64,000 nucleotides of DNA from an uncultured Planctomycetota bacterium (GCA_963845755.1 CAWJTV010000033.1:352001-416000), one strand, 5' to 3'. Shown: positions 31,379-42,344, numbered from the stretch's first letter. Numbers and translations: made by a program. Notes: a model not told the origin generated them from the sequence alone.

Positions 31379-32308
31379 TCAAGCGGCGCGCGGCTCAACG
31401 GTGCGCACGCGCGCAACCCCCTCGGCCCACTTGCGGTCCTCAGGCTTCCGTGCCAGATTCAGCGGGGCGGAATAGTCGATCAGCTCGGAGTAACGACCCT
31501 TATCGTAGGCCATGGAGAACACCGAGCCCAGGTCCAGGATAAGATCCGGATCCGGGGGCAGTAGTGAGACGGGTATCGGTGGCAAGCGATCGCGCATCGT
31601 CCAGGCAAAGACGCCGCAATCGGGGCGCCGCTCAGCCCGCGCAATCAATGCATAGCAATCACCCCGGGGTAGCGACCGACCCATCGGCAGCCTCTGGCCG
31701 GTCAGCACGAAGTCGAATTCGATCAGGTGGACCTTCTGGTGGATCGTGTTCCGGCGTTTCACCCAATACGCCGACCATCCGACGCTCACCTTGTTCGTGG
31801 GTGAAAGCACCTCGATAACCGCGACCGGGGTTCGCTTCGGCAAGCGCCTGATTTCGATCCAGACGTCGCGGACTTCCATCGTGATCCGAGGCAGTGGGAT
31901 CGTCACGGGTTCGAGTGTCAATGTTCCCCCCGCCGGTTTCCGATGCACGGTCGCTCGGGAGGTCTTGCGGCCTCGCTGGATGATCGCCAGGTCGGGGAGG
32001 ATCCGCGTAGAGTCTGTCCCAGAAGGGGCCGGTCCGGGCGAGCGGGGGGCGTCAGCCCCCTGTCTTGGAGGTCCGTCGCTCACCGGACAGGGGGCTGACG
32101 CCCCCCGCTCGCCCTTCTGGGACAGACTCTGAGCTTCACTGGGTGTGGGTTCGACCAGATGGAAGTGTTCGCCGAGTTGGGCGATATAGCTCTCCGGCAA
32201 GCTGTCATTCAAGGCGTCGCAATTGTAGGTCATGAATCGCTGGTGGAAGCCTTCCCCGTAGCTTTGGGTCTCCAGGTAAGGGTCGATGCCGGGAAAGGGA
32301 CTGGGCAT
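31379..32308 (-). CDS. DUF4058 family protein carrying an in-frame palindromic insertion
   Basis: MPSPFPGIDPYLE, IEVLSPTNK, LPPIPVSLLPPDPDLILDL, IDYSAP. Confidence 0.85.
   Translation of the reverse strand: MPSPFPGIDPYLETQSYGEGFHQRFMTYNCDALNDSLPESYIAQLGEHFHLVEPTPSEAQSLSQKGERGASAPCPVSDGPPRQGADAPRSPGPAPSGTDSTRILPDLAIIQRGRKTSRATVHRKPAGGTLTLEPVTIPLPRITMEVRDVWIEIRRLPKRTPVAVIEVLSPTNKVSVGWSAYWVKRRNTIHQKVHLIEFDFVLTGQRLPMGRSLPRGDCYALIARAERRPDCGVFAWTMRDRLPPIPVSLLPPDPDLILDLGSVFSMAYDKGRYSELIDYSAPLNLARKPEDRKWAEGVARVRTVEPRAA
32009..32130. mobile_element. short MITE/REP-like nested palindrome inside the DUF4058 gene
   Basis: outer IR AGAGTCTGTCCCAGAAGGG / CCCTTCTGGGACAGACTCT; inner IR GGGCGAGCGGGGGGCGTCAGCCCCCTGTC / GACAGGGGGCTGACGCCCCCCGCTCGCCC. 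Confidence 0.8.
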
Positions 32309-32511
32309 CTCGAATCCCCCGAATGAGTTTGCTCGGTCTACCATCCCGGGACTCATTCTATAGAGCGACGGCCGTTCACGATAGGTCGTGACGCTCACTC
32401 GATCAGCACCCAACAGCATTCCGGTGTACGGACGTCAATTCTCCATCTTGCTCTTGAACGGATGCGCCCGATGCCCGAGAATGATCGGTTCACGGAGAAC
32501 GATCTCCAGGG

Positions 32512-32642
32512 CGGGGGTCGGGGTGAGCCGGGGGGGACCCGGGCAATGGGGGTTTGTGAACCTGGTCAGGGCGGGAACGCAGCAGCCATAAGCAACACCT
32601 TCATGTGCCTGGGAGAACCTCCCCGGCTCTCCCCGGCCCCTG
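32512..32642 (+). ncRNA. ffs: signal recognition particle RNA (4.5S)
   Basis: long hairpin with the conserved GAACCTGGTCAGGGCGGGAACGCAGCAGCC domain IV; typical position upstream of dnaX. Confidence 0.9.
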
Positions 32643-32699
32643 TCTGAGAGTCCAGCGGACGTCGGGTCGGAATGCGGCCCCCTCATCATCCCAGGCACG

Positions 32700-34631
32700 A
32701 TGGAGCGCGCCCGAGTGGCCCCACCGCGTGGGTCGAAAGATCGAACGAGTTCGCCGGATCCGAATCCGGCCCTCGACGACGATGTCAAGCCGGCGCGATC
32801 GGCGACGGAGCCCTACACGGTCGTCGCGCGCCGCTACCGGCCCCAGCGCTTCGAGGACGTAGTCGGGCAAGATCATGTGGTCCGGGCGTTGCGCAATGCG
32901 ATCCGACTCAATCGGATCGCTCAGGCGTATCTGTTCTGCGGGACCCGCGGGGTCGGCAAGACGACGATGGCCCGCATCCTGGCCAAGTGCCTGAACTGCG
33001 TGAAGGGGCCAACCGAAGAACCTTGCCAGGTCTGCGACATCTGCGAGGCGATCAGCCAGGGGCAGGACGTCGACGTCATCGAGATCGACGGAGCCAGCAA
33101 CAATGGGGTGGAACAGGTCCGCGAGCTGCGGCAGAACGTCGCGCTGCGGCCGAGCCGGGCCCGGTTCAAGATCTACTACATCGACGAAGTGCACATGCTC
33201 ACGACCGCGGCCTTCAACGCCCTGCTGAAGACCCTGGAAGAGCCGCCGCCCCACGTCAAGTTCTTCTTCGCGACGACCGAGGCGAACAAGATCCCGATCA
33301 CCGTGCTCTCGCGGTGCCAGCGGTTCGACCTGGCCGGGATCACGCCCGAGGTGATCGCCAGGACGCTGGGCGAGATCTGCACCCAGGAAGGAACGGCCGC
33401 CGATCCCGAGGCACTGCAAGTCGTCGCCCGGCGCGCGGCCGGGTCGTTGCGCGACGCTCAGTCGCTCCTCGACCGGCTCCTGGCCTCCGGCAGCCCGCGA
33501 CTCACCGTCGAGATCGTGCACTCGCTCCTGGGCACGGCCAGCGACGAGCGATTGCTGGCGATGCTCGAGACGCTGGCCGACCACGATGCCGCGGGAGCCC
33601 TTCGCCTGCTGGAAGAGGCGTCGAACGAAGGCGTCCAGCCAACCGAGCTGCTCGGCGGGGTCCTCGATTTCGCCCGCGACGCCATGGTGCTGGCCCTGGG
33701 AGCGGGCTCCATCCTGCTGTCGGTCACGCCTCGGCAGCGGCCCCGGCTCGAGACGATCGTCGCGCGCTGGCCCATCGACTCGATCCTGGCCGCCATGCAA
33801 ATCCTGGCCGAGCACCGAACCCGCCTGCGCGGCACCTTGTACGGGCGGCTGCTGGTCGAGATGGCGCTGGTCCGGGTCGCTCGCCTCGAAGACCTGGAGG
33901 AGCTGAATTCGCTGGTCGAGCGGCTCTCGTCGCTGGAGTCGGGAGTCCCCGTGGTACGCAAGCCGGAGGCCGGGACCGGAAAAAAAAACCCCGGCGTGAG
34001 TGAACGGGCTGATCCTGCCGGGCGGGCGAACCAACCCGTCACACCGCCTTCGGCACCCGTTGCGAAAATGCCCCCGGCCGAGGACCACTCGGACCGAACC
34101 CTGGACAAGGACCGCCGTTCCGGGCCAGAGCCGATGGTCCCCCCGCCGCCGCCGCACAGTCCGACGCAGCCGGGCGTCCGCTCGGATTCGCCGAGCGAAC
34201 CTCCCACGGCCGTGGAACCCCCGCCGTTGGAGCTGGAGCGCATCCGGCAGATCTGGCCGGACCTGCTCGCGAAGGTTCCCTACGCCACCCGTTGGCGGCT
34301 CAGTCAGGTGGAACCGATCGCTGTCGTTGGACCGGACATCCTGGTCATCGCTGCCAAGCCGGGATACAATGCGGATGGAGTGGACCCGGGAACACCGGAG
34401 ACCCTGGAGGACCTCGGTCACAAGCTGCAACGAATGGTCCATCGGCCGGTGACCGTCCGCTACGAGCGGCCGGTTGCCGCGGAGGATGGAAGGTCCGACG
34501 CGCGGCCGGCCGAGTCCCGGCGGACCGACTCCTTGATGGCCGATCCTCTGATCCAGAAGGTCGTCGAGCTGTTCGAGGCACGCTCCGTGCAACTGGATTA
34601 CGACGAGCCGGACCCGACTTCCACGACCTGA
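32700..34631 (+). CDS. dnaX: DNA polymerase III subunit gamma/tau
   Basis: YTVVARRYRPQ, GTRGVGKTT, IEIDGASN, IDEVHML, NALLKTLEEPP, LSRCQRF. Confidence 0.97.
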   Translation: MERARVAPPRGSKDRTSSPDPNPALDDDVKPARSATEPYTVVARRYRPQRFEDVVGQDHVVRALRNAIRLNRIAQAYLFCGTRGVGKTTMARILAKCLNCVKGPTEEPCQVCDICEAISQGQDVDVIEIDGASNNGVEQVRELRQNVALRPSRARFKIYYIDEVHMLTTAAFNALLKTLEEPPPHVKFFFATTEANKIPITVLSRCQRFDLAGITPEVIARTLGEICTQEGTAADPEALQVVARRAAGSLRDAQSLLDRLLASGSPRLTVEIVHSLLGTASDERLLAMLETLADHDAAGALRLLEEASNEGVQPTELLGGVLDFARDAMVLALGAGSILLSVTPRQRPRLETIVARWPIDSILAAMQILAEHRTRLRGTLYGRLLVEMALVRVARLEDLEELNSLVERLSSLESGVPVVRKPEAGTGKKNPGVSERADPAGRANQPVTPPSAPVAKMPPAEDHSDRTLDKDRRSGPEPMVPPPPPHSPTQPGVRSDSPSEPPTAVEPPPLELERIRQIWPDLLAKVPYATRWRLSQVEPIAVVGPDILVIAAKPGYNADGVDPGTPETLEDLGHKLQRMVHRPVTVRYERPVAAEDGRSDARPAESRRTDSLMADPLIQKVVELFEARSVQLDYDEPDPTSTT

Positions 34632-34826
34632 TCCGGCACAGAGGCTGTCAAAGAATCGATCCAAATCACAAATCCAAGACAGAAAACTGATGTAAAACCC
34701 GTTGACATAGGGCATTGCGTTTGTTGAACCTTGAATTTGTAATCTTCGATCCGATTCGATCGCATCCTCTCGGGAGGGGCGGGTCGCTGCCCCGAGGTCG
34801 AATTCCTTCTAGCGAAGCAGAGTACC

Positions 34827-35192
34827 GTGTTCAATAAACTGGGAATGATCGCGGATCTGATGGGCAACGCCGGCAAACTGCGAGTGGCGTTCGACAAGGC
34901 GTTCGAATCGCTGGGCCAGGTCGAGGCCGAGGGAAGCGCCGGGGGCGGTACAGTCTCGGCGAAAGTCAACGGCCGGCTCGAGGTCGTCTCCGTACGGATC
35001 GACCCCTCGCTGCTGGCCGAACCGGATGCCGAGCTGCTGGAAGACTTGATCGCGGCCGCGGTCAACGCGGGCCTGGTGAAGGCCCGCGAAGCGGCCGCGA
35101 AATCGCTGACGAACCTGACCGGTGGGCTGCCGATGGGTCTCTTCTCCAACCTGGGGGGTGGCGCGGCACCCGGCGGCGATGAGGGACGATGA
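34827..35192 (+). CDS. ybaB: YbaB/EbfC nucleoid-associated protein
   Basis: GSAGGGTV, IDPSLL, LLEDLIAAAVNA; dnaX-ybaB-recR synteny. Confidence 0.93.
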   Translation: MFNKLGMIADLMGNAGKLRVAFDKAFESLGQVEAEGSAGGGTVSAKVNGRLEVVSVRIDPSLLAEPDAELLEDLIAAAVNAGLVKAREAAAKSLTNLTGGLPMGLFSNLGGGAAPGGDEGR

Positions 35193-35806
35193 CGATGGCC
35201 GCCACGGGTTACTCGGCGGTCGTTGATCGGCTGATCACCGCCCTGGGACGTCTGCCCGGCATCGGCGCCCGATCCGCCGAACGGCTGGCGCACCACCTAT
35301 TGAAATGTTCCCCCGAAGAAGCCCTGGAACTGGCCGATGCGATCCGCGCCACCAAGGAGCAGATCCGTCATTGCGAGGCCTGCTTCCACCTGACCGAGGC
35401 CGATCAGCCGGTCTGCGCCATTTGCCGCGACCCCCGACGCGACCCGTCCATCATCTGCATCGTCGAACAGTCGCGCGACCTGATCGCGATCGAGAAGGCC
35501 GGAGCGTTCCACGGCGTCTATCACGTCCTCTTGGGCCGCCTCGCTCCCTTGTCGGGCATGGGGCCGGAACAGTTGACCATCGACGCGCTCGCGGCCCGGA
35601 TCAGCTCGGGGAGCGTCCGCGAGCTCATCATGGCCACTAACCCCAACCTTGAAGGGGATGGAACGGCGCTCCTGATCGCCAATCGCCTGGGCGGCTCGGG
35701 AGTGCGGATCACCCGCCTCGCTCGTGGCCTGGCCTCCGGGAGCACGCTGGAGTTCGCAAATCGCGACATGCTCGCCGATGCCCTGACCGGTCGACAGCCC
35801 TTCTGA
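35189..35806 (+). CDS. recR: recombination mediator RecR
   Basis: LPGIGARSAERLA, C4 zinc finger, YHVLLG, ATNPNLEGDGTA, TRLARGL. Confidence 0.97.
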   Translation: MTMAATGYSAVVDRLITALGRLPGIGARSAERLAHHLLKCSPEEALELADAIRATKEQIRHCEACFHLTEADQPVCAICRDPRRDPSIICIVEQSRDLIAIEKAGAFHGVYHVLLGRLAPLSGMGPEQLTIDALAARISSGSVRELIMATNPNLEGDGTALLIANRLGGSGVRITRLARGLASGSTLEFANRDMLADALTGRQPF

Positions 35807-36110
35807 TCCCCGGCCGCTCGCGCCGTGGATGACTGCTTCCTTCTCCGGCGGAATCCGCCGGGATCGCCACCCTCGTCACCCCGTTCCCTTCGAAAAATGC
35901 CGTCCTGTCCGGCCAAACCGCCCTGGGATTAACTCGTGTCTCGGACTCCCTTTTCCACGCCTTTTCCAAAGTTGACTGTGGTGAAGCGGCAGGACATGGC
36001 ATAATAGTTGCTGAGTGATGGTGGACGCGACTCGGGTATCGTCGATGCCCCGCCCATTGATTCTCGATCCCCGGGAATCCCGACTCGTTCAGCGATGGGA
36101 ATAGCGAAGA

Positions 36111-37559
36111 ATGCGGCTCGACACCAGTCAACAAATGCGGACCGAGATGCGCCTTCGCATGGCGCCTCGCATGATTCAGTCGATGGAGATCTTGCAATTA
36201 CCGATCATGGCCTTGCAGGAACGAATCGAGCAGGAGCTGAGCGAGAACCCGATGCTGGTCGATCTGCGCGAGTCGGCGCCGGCGGAAGCGGACGGGGAAG
36301 AGACACCAGTCCCCACAGTCGCCGAACCGGAGAGCGATGGCGAGCCGAACGAGTTCGATAGCTTGATCAACCTGGACGAGAATTGGAGCGAGATTTACGA
36401 GGAAGGGCCGAGGCGGAGCCGTGCATCGCTCAGCGAAGACTCCGACCGCAAGCAGGACGCGATGCAGAATATGGCGTCGCGACCCCGATCGTTCCACGAC
36501 GATCTGATCGATCAGCTCGGCTTCTTCGACTGCGAGCCGACCGTCCGCGCGCTGGCCGAATACATCATCTACAACCTCGACGAGAAGGGGTATTTCCGGC
36601 TCCCGCTCCACGACGTAACCCGCGACCTGAACGGGGCGGCGACGATCGAGCAGGCCGAGGAGGCGCTGCGGCTGGTCCAGCGGTGCGATCCTCCGGGAGT
36701 CGGTGCGCGCGACCTTCGCGAGTGCTTGTTGCTGCAACTCACGCCCGAGATGCCCTGCTACGACGTGCTCTATACGCTGATCTCCGAGCATCTCGATGAC
36801 CTCGAGCACAACCGATTGCCTGCCATCGAAAAGAAGACCGCCATCCCGCTGGAGAAGATCAAGGAGGCCATCGACCACCTCCGCCGTCTGAATTTCCGGC
36901 CGGGCGCATCGTTCGTTACGGACAACTCGCACTACGTGGTCCCCGACTTGATCGTCGAGCACAACGACCAAGATGGGTATGATGTCCGGCTGGTCGACGA
37001 GAACACACCGCTGTTGGCGATCTCGCGGTTTTATCAGAAACAACTCCGGAACAAGCAAACCGACTCTCAGACTCGCGAGTACATCCAGAAGCGGATCCAA
37101 TCGGCCCGCTGGCTGATCGAGTCGATCGAGCAACGGCGCAACACACTGCTGAAAGTGGCCCGGGCCATCATCGACCATCAGAAGGAGTTCCTCGATAAGG
37201 GCCCGGAATTCATCGAGCCGCTCAAAATGCAGCAGATTGCCGACCGCGTCGGCGTTCACGTCACGACCGTCAGCCGGGCGGTGGACGACAAGTGGGTCCA
37301 GACGCCCCGCGGCATCTTCCCCCTGAAACGCTTCTTCGGTGGCGGGACGACCACGTCTGACGGCGAGGAGATCGCCTGGGATACGATCAAGCAGAAACTG
37401 CTCGAGGTCATCGCCAAGGAAGATAAGCAGAATCCCATGTCTGACGAGGAGATCGTCGAGGAGATGTGCCGTCAGGGCGTCAAGGTCGCCCGCCGTACGG
37501 TGACCAAATACCGCACGAATCTGCTCATCCCCTGCAGCCGTCAGCGCCGCCAATTCTGA
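36111..37559 (+). CDS. rpoN: RNA polymerase sigma-54 factor
   Basis: QSMEILQLP, DPPGVGARDLRECL, HVTTVSRAV, RpoN box ARRTVTKYR. Confidence 0.97.
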   Translation: MRLDTSQQMRTEMRLRMAPRMIQSMEILQLPIMALQERIEQELSENPMLVDLRESAPAEADGEETPVPTVAEPESDGEPNEFDSLINLDENWSEIYEEGPRRSRASLSEDSDRKQDAMQNMASRPRSFHDDLIDQLGFFDCEPTVRALAEYIIYNLDEKGYFRLPLHDVTRDLNGAATIEQAEEALRLVQRCDPPGVGARDLRECLLLQLTPEMPCYDVLYTLISEHLDDLEHNRLPAIEKKTAIPLEKIKEAIDHLRRLNFRPGASFVTDNSHYVVPDLIVEHNDQDGYDVRLVDENTPLLAISRFYQKQLRNKQTDSQTREYIQKRIQSARWLIESIEQRRNTLLKVARAIIDHQKEFLDKGPEFIEPLKMQQIADRVGVHVTTVSRAVDDKWVQTPRGIFPLKRFFGGGTTTSDGEEIAWDTIKQKLLEVIAKEDKQNPMSDEEIVEEMCRQGVKVARRTVTKYRTNLLIPCSRQRRQF

Positions 37560-37721
37560 GCGGGTGTACGTGAAAGTCGCCGGACGACGTAGTGTGGTTC
37601 GAGCCTCGATTCCTCGCGGCGGTGCCCACCAGATTCACCGCGAAACGCGATGGGCCTCACGCGGCGTTGCGGCGTTCGATCTACCCGGCGGGGCTTCTCG
37701 TGCACTCTTCGAGCGGCTTCC

Positions 37722-38180
37722 TCAAGCGGAATTGGCGCGGAGGGAGGCGCCGGAGGCGGGCACGGTCGGCATCGGGCTGGGCGGCCGGAGCTCGGCGGAA
37801 TCCTTATCGATCTCGATGATGGGCTTGGCGCCGATGAGTCGGCTCATGGCGACCTCGTAGCCCAGGAATCGGACATTTTCCAGGATCGCCAGGACCTCGG
37901 GGCCGCCGAGCTTCTGGGCGAGGTTGAGGATCTTGCGCTCCTCGACGGAGAGGAGATCCGCAGGCTGACTCGAATCGAGGTCGACCGAGTCGTCCGCCAG
38001 ATAATCGAGCGTAACGTTGACGGCCTTCGCGAGGCGGAAGGCGTTGTCCAGACCCGGCCGCGACTTCCCCTTGAGGATCCGGGAGATCTCGGAGTCGCTC
38101 ACCTGGGACAGCCGCGCGAGCTTCTGTCCGTTGAGAGCGTGGCGATTCATCAGCATCTGGAGCTTGTCTTTGAGTTTCAT
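37722..38180 (-). CDS. XRE-family HTH transcriptional regulator
   Basis: QKLARLSQVSDSEISRILKGKSRP...LAKAVNVTLDYL. Confidence 0.85.
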   Translation of the reverse strand: MKLKDKLQMLMNRHALNGQKLARLSQVSDSEISRILKGKSRPGLDNAFRLAKAVNVTLDYLADDSVDLDSSQPADLLSVEERKILNLAQKLGGPEVLAILENVRFLGYEVAMSRLIGAKPIIEIDKDSAELRPPSPMPTVPASGASLRANSA

Positions 38181-38494
38181 GTTCCGACCATACGACGTCT
38201 TCCCACTCTGGGGAACCACCGTCTCTCGAATTTGCAAAAAAATCCCTGTTACGAAAACCACGGCGGCCGGCGCGATTGCACGAATACCGGACGAGTCAGG
38301 CACCGGCCGCTTCGGAGAGGTCGATCGTTGGTCGACGAGGAGAATGATAACGCATCGCGAGCCAGATGCAATTCGGAACTACAAAAGGGGCCAGAAAGGT
38401 CGTCAGCTTCGGGGCGAGAGAGGCGAGCTGGGACCTGGGTCTGGTGCGGTGAGGCGCGGCGAGGTTGACGAGGGCTGCCGGAAACACCGGGCGG

Positions 38495-39502
38495 TCAGGA
38501 GGCGCGGCGGACGACATACTGGGCGAGGATGTGCAAGACGCGCCTGGCCTGCGAATCGGGAAGGCAATCCAGCGCCTCGAGCGCCAGCTTGACGTGCTGT
38601 TTCGCGCGCTGCCAGGCGCGATCCAGCGCGCTGGTGCTCTCGAGATAGGGCCGAAGGTAACGACGGTGATCGGCCTTGGCATCGCCGAGAATGCGGCGGA
38701 TGGTCTCGGCGACCTCCGGCTCGACGAGGCGGAGCAGGAGGATGATGGGAAGGGTCAGCTTCTGCTTCTCCAGGTCGGTGCCGAGGCTCTTACCGGTGAC
38801 CCGCTCTTCTCCCCAGATATCCAGCACATCGTCGGCGATCTGGAAGGCGATGCCGAGGTTCCGTCCGTAGCGATCGAGGGCCGAGACCGTCGTCTCCGGG
38901 GCTCCCGCATACGAAGCACCCAGGCGGCAGGAGACGGCGGTCAGCTCGGCGGTCTTCCCCTCGATGATCGCAAAGTAGCCGGCCTCGTCGAGTTCGAGGT
39001 TGCCGCGGTGGTGGACCTGCTGCATCTCGCCCTCGCACACCTTATTGGTCGCATGGCCGATCCAACGGCATGCTCGCGTGGAGTCGAGCGAGGCGGCCAG
39101 GTGGAACGCGTGAGTGAACAGGTAGTCGCCCAGCAACACGGCGGTCTCGTTGCCCCATTCGGCGTTGACCGTGGCGGCGTGACGGCGAATCACCGCCTCG
39201 TCGAGCACATCATCGTGTACGAGGGTCGCCGTGTGGATCATCTCCACGACCGCCGCAAGGACGCTGTGCGCGGGCGTGAGCCGCCCGCACGCCAAGCCCG
39301 CGAAGAGCACGAGCGCCGGCCGGAGCCGCTTTCCCTGCAGATCCGCGCAATGGTGAACCAGATGTTGCACAAACGGGAATCGACTCTTCAGCTCGTCCTG
39401 AAAGATCCGCTCGGCATCGGCCAGCTCGGTCGCGATCGGGGCATAAAGCTCGGCCAGGCTGAGCCGGGTTTCCCCGGCTTCCGGCAGCGATTGTAACCGC
39501 AT
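38495..39502 (-). CDS. polyprenyl diphosphate synthase
   Basis: GKRLRP, EMIHTATLVHDDVLD, GDYL, KTAEL, AFQIADDVLD. Confidence 0.93.
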   Translation of the reverse strand: MRLQSLPEAGETRLSLAELYAPIATELADAERIFQDELKSRFPFVQHLVHHCADLQGKRLRPALVLFAGLACGRLTPAHSVLAAVVEMIHTATLVHDDVLDEAVIRRHAATVNAEWGNETAVLLGDYLFTHAFHLAASLDSTRACRWIGHATNKVCEGEMQQVHHRGNLELDEAGYFAIIEGKTAELTAVSCRLGASYAGAPETTVSALDRYGRNLGIAFQIADDVLDIWGEERVTGKSLGTDLEKQKLTLPIILLLRLVEPEVAETIRRILGDAKADHRRYLRPYLESTSALDRAWQRAKQHVKLALEALDCLPDSQARRVLHILAQYVVRRAS

Positions 39503-39567
39503 CCGATTCCTCCCTCACCTCATAACCCTCGGATCAATCCCCGGTCGTCACCCGAGCCAAGGCCCGC

Positions 39568-40071
39568 TCAGCCAGTCAATGGGGAGGTCGGTGTTCCCTG
39601 GGACCTCAGGTAGTCACCCCGGCGCCCGCCAGTCTTCTCCTCGAGCTGGATGGGGCCGATGATCATTCCGCGATCGACCGCTTTGCACATGTCGTAGATC
39701 GTCAACGCCGCGACACTGACCGCCGTCAGGGCTTCCATCTCCACCCCGGTCCTTCCGCGGATCCTGACCATTGCCTCGATGCGGATCCGATCGGGGGAGA
39801 CCGGCATCAGCGTCAGTTCCACACTATCGAGCCCCAGCGGATGACAAAGCGGGATTAATTCTCCGGTCCGCTTTGCCGCCATGATACCCGCCAGCCGAGC
39901 GACCTCCAGAACGTCCCCCTTCGCCAACCGGCGGTCCCTCACCAATTCCAGCGTCGCGGGAGCCACCTGCACCAGACCGCTGGCACGAGCGGTGCGCAGC
40001 GTCACCTCTTTGGCGGAGACATCCACCATCCGGCTAGCCCCGCTCTCGTCGAAATGCGTCAACTCGCTCAT
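39568..40071 (-). CDS. moaC: cyclic pyranopterin monophosphate synthase
   Basis: [44 protein letters not shown]. Confidence 0.97.
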   Translation of the reverse strand: MSELTHFDESGASRMVDVSAKEVTLRTARASGLVQVAPATLELVRDRRLAKGDVLEVARLAGIMAAKRTGELIPLCHPLGLDSVELTLMPVSPDRIRIEAMVRIRGRTGVEMEALTAVSVAALTIYDMCKAVDRGMIIGPIQLEEKTGGRRGDYLRSQGTPTSPLTG

Positions 40072-40104
40072 GGCCTTCGTCCTTGGAGGCTCGCCGATTA
40101 CCCA

Positions 40105-40161
40105 GTAGGTGGGTGAAACCCACCAAGAATCGGACCGTTCCTGGTGGGTTTCACCCACCCC
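40105..40161. repeat. REP-like palindrome pair
   Basis: GTAGGTGGGTGAAACCCACC and inverted GGTGGGTTTCACCCACCC; related single copies near 12345 and 44569. Confidence 0.7.
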
Positions 40162-40321
40162 TCAAAGCCCAGATGCTGCTCGCCAAACGGCACCAAGCAC
40201 TCATGGACCAGATCGTTCAATTCATTCTGAAAGTATTTTACGAATCGTCGGCGCCGCGACTAGAGGGAAGGCAGGAGTTTCCGAAGTCAATCCCTGGAAG
40301 GAAGATCGGACCGTAGTTCGT

Positions 40322-41971
40322 TCAGGGAGGGAGCCGGCGCGTTCCGGAGCCGGGCCGGTCATCGTGCTGAGATTGGCGCGCCGCACCGGGAAAATGCCAG
40401 ATTTCGGACAGCACGACTCCTTGTCGAGACCGGGTCGCGACCAGCCGGCCTTCGCCGTTGAGCAGGCGGGCCGCCAACGCGGGCCGCCAGTAGGCGGTGC
40501 GGCGCGAGAGGACCAGCCACTCGGCTCGCGTCGCCTCCGGTTCGTCCTCGAGAACGATCTCCCGTCGCGCCAGAGTGCGGTTGAACCCCGTGGTCAACTT
40601 GCCCTGATCGAGGAAGAACGTCGGCGCCATGGCCGCCGAGTCCCCCGGCCGCGCCGCGCGCGCCAAGCGATCCAGCAGCACGTTATCGATGGCGTCGCTC
40701 CAGTAGGTTAACTCCAGGCCCAACGTTCGGGCACCGGGCAGCCCGCCAGCCAGCGCATTGTAGTAGCTGAGCCCGAACGGATGCATCCAGACGACGCCAA
40801 GGCTCTGCCCAATCAAGAACATACCCAGCACGATGCGTCCGCGACGGCGGGAGAACACAACATCCCAGAGCCAACCGAAACCTCGCCCGATCAGCATGGC
40901 CCAGGCCGGGAAAACCAGGAGGAACAGGCGCTCGCCATCGTAGACCGGCACGCGCGTGCTGAACAGGATCAGGAAGAAGAGAATCGACCCGGTAAGCAGG
41001 ATCGGGAACGGATCGCCGCGATGATCCTTCCAGCCGCGCACCAACCCGAGCGTGCCCAGGAGCTGAAGTCCGACGGGCACCGTCGTCGCGAAATAAACCC
41101 ATGGGTAATGCCATGGCACGTCGCGATCGGCGAAGACCTGACCGAAATACTGGACCCAAATCGTCGTACGAACCATCCCGGTCCCCCAGTATATCCAGAG
41201 CCTCGTCCAGGAGTCATACCAGAGCCAGGGCCAACCCAACCAGAACAGGCTCAAGCCAGCAATCGTCCAACCGGCCATCGCCGGGAGGGCACGCCGGGGC
41301 GACAGGAGGACCAGGGACCAGACGCCCAGAAGCGGCAGCAAGAACCAGGCATGGATCTTGGTAAGCAGGGCCAACGACCAGACCACGCCGGCGACGGTCA
41401 TCGCGCGGACGGGCCGCGGCGACCTCAGTGCGCGTTCGCCGGCCAGCAGCGCCAGGGTCCAGAAGCACGAGAGGAACGTGTCGAGCGCGCCGAGGTGTGC
41501 GTGGGTGAAAGCCCGGGGCATGATCAACAGGGCGAACCCCGCCGACACGGCGGACGCGAGTCCCCAGCGGCCCGATACCCCCGTGATGATGCCGACGAGG
41601 ATTCCGAAAGCCAGTGTCGGCGCCAATCGGCCCGCCAGGACATAGTGTCTCGTCGGATCGGGCCCCTTCAGGAGCACCTCGAAAGGCTCTCCCAGCACGG
41701 AGGCGAGTCCCAGGAGCCAACGGCCCAGCGGCGGGTGCTCGGCGTTGTCGCGAAAGACCCGCTCCACCACGTCTCGGTCGAAGAAGTGACGCCCCTCCGC
41801 CCACAAGGTCGTCACGTAGGTCCGACCGGGGCGGACGTCCAGCGGCTCGTCGACGGTCAAACCCGGCCCCTCCAGGGTCAGGACCACCGCAAGCCACGCC
41901 AGGAAACCCATCAGGACCGCCGCGCCGGGTCGCTCGAGGATTCGGCAAGACCCTGAGCTCAGCACAACCAT
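40322..41971 (-). CDS. glycosyltransferase family 39 (ArnT/PMT-like) membrane protein
   Basis: TVDEP, EHPPLGR, many TM helices, ALLTK, YDGERLFL. Confidence 0.8.
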   Translation of the reverse strand: MVVLSSGSCRILERPGAAVLMGFLAWLAVVLTLEGPGLTVDEPLDVRPGRTYVTTLWAEGRHFFDRDVVERVFRDNAEHPPLGRWLLGLASVLGEPFEVLLKGPDPTRHYVLAGRLAPTLAFGILVGIITGVSGRWGLASAVSAGFALLIMPRAFTHAHLGALDTFLSCFWTLALLAGERALRSPRPVRAMTVAGVVWSLALLTKIHAWFLLPLLGVWSLVLLSPRRALPAMAGWTIAGLSLFWLGWPWLWYDSWTRLWIYWGTGMVRTTIWVQYFGQVFADRDVPWHYPWVYFATTVPVGLQLLGTLGLVRGWKDHRGDPFPILLTGSILFFLILFSTRVPVYDGERLFLLVFPAWAMLIGRGFGWLWDVVFSRRRGRIVLGMFLIGQSLGVVWMHPFGLSYYNALAGGLPGARTLGLELTYWSDAIDNVLLDRLARAARPGDSAAMAPTFFLDQGKLTTGFNRTLARREIVLEDEPEATRAEWLVLSRRTAYWRPALAARLLNGEGRLVATRSRQGVVLSEIWHFPGAARQSQHDDRPGSGTRRLPP

Positions 41972-42344
41972 CGTGGACGCTCGCTGATGCGGTCACCGGG
42001 AAACCGTCCTGACGATTGGGTACGTGCTCGGATCGTCGTGAGGCCGTGGACCCAGCCAATCGGGCCTGGCGCCGGGGTCAAGGAGTGTCGCTCGCTCGCG
42101 AAATGATAATAGGAGGGTTCCATCCCGTCGAGGCGTGAGGATGGGCGGACGACGGGGAATCCTCGGTCGAACACCAAGTCTTCCTCAGCGATGGCGATAA
42201 GTCGCGACGGGGGGTTGTCGCCATGGCGTCGGTTTTGCGGTTAAGATAAACCCCTTCGTCTTCGGGACAACTCCTCGATAGACCGCTCGATGGGACCGTA
42301 TTGATCCGGGTCGGAGCCCGCTCGAGTTGCTGGAGGTGTCGGTT

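Noticed and set aside
33979..33988. A-run in dnaX as a programmed frameshift or slippage site producing the gamma subunit
   Set aside because: The position after domain III is suggestive, but homopolymers are unreliable in this assembly and no stimulatory element could be confirmed by eye.
42080..42340. possible yybP-ykoY Mn riboswitch upstream of terC
   Set aside because: The context fits, but I could not match the consensus; it needs an Infernal/Rfam scan.
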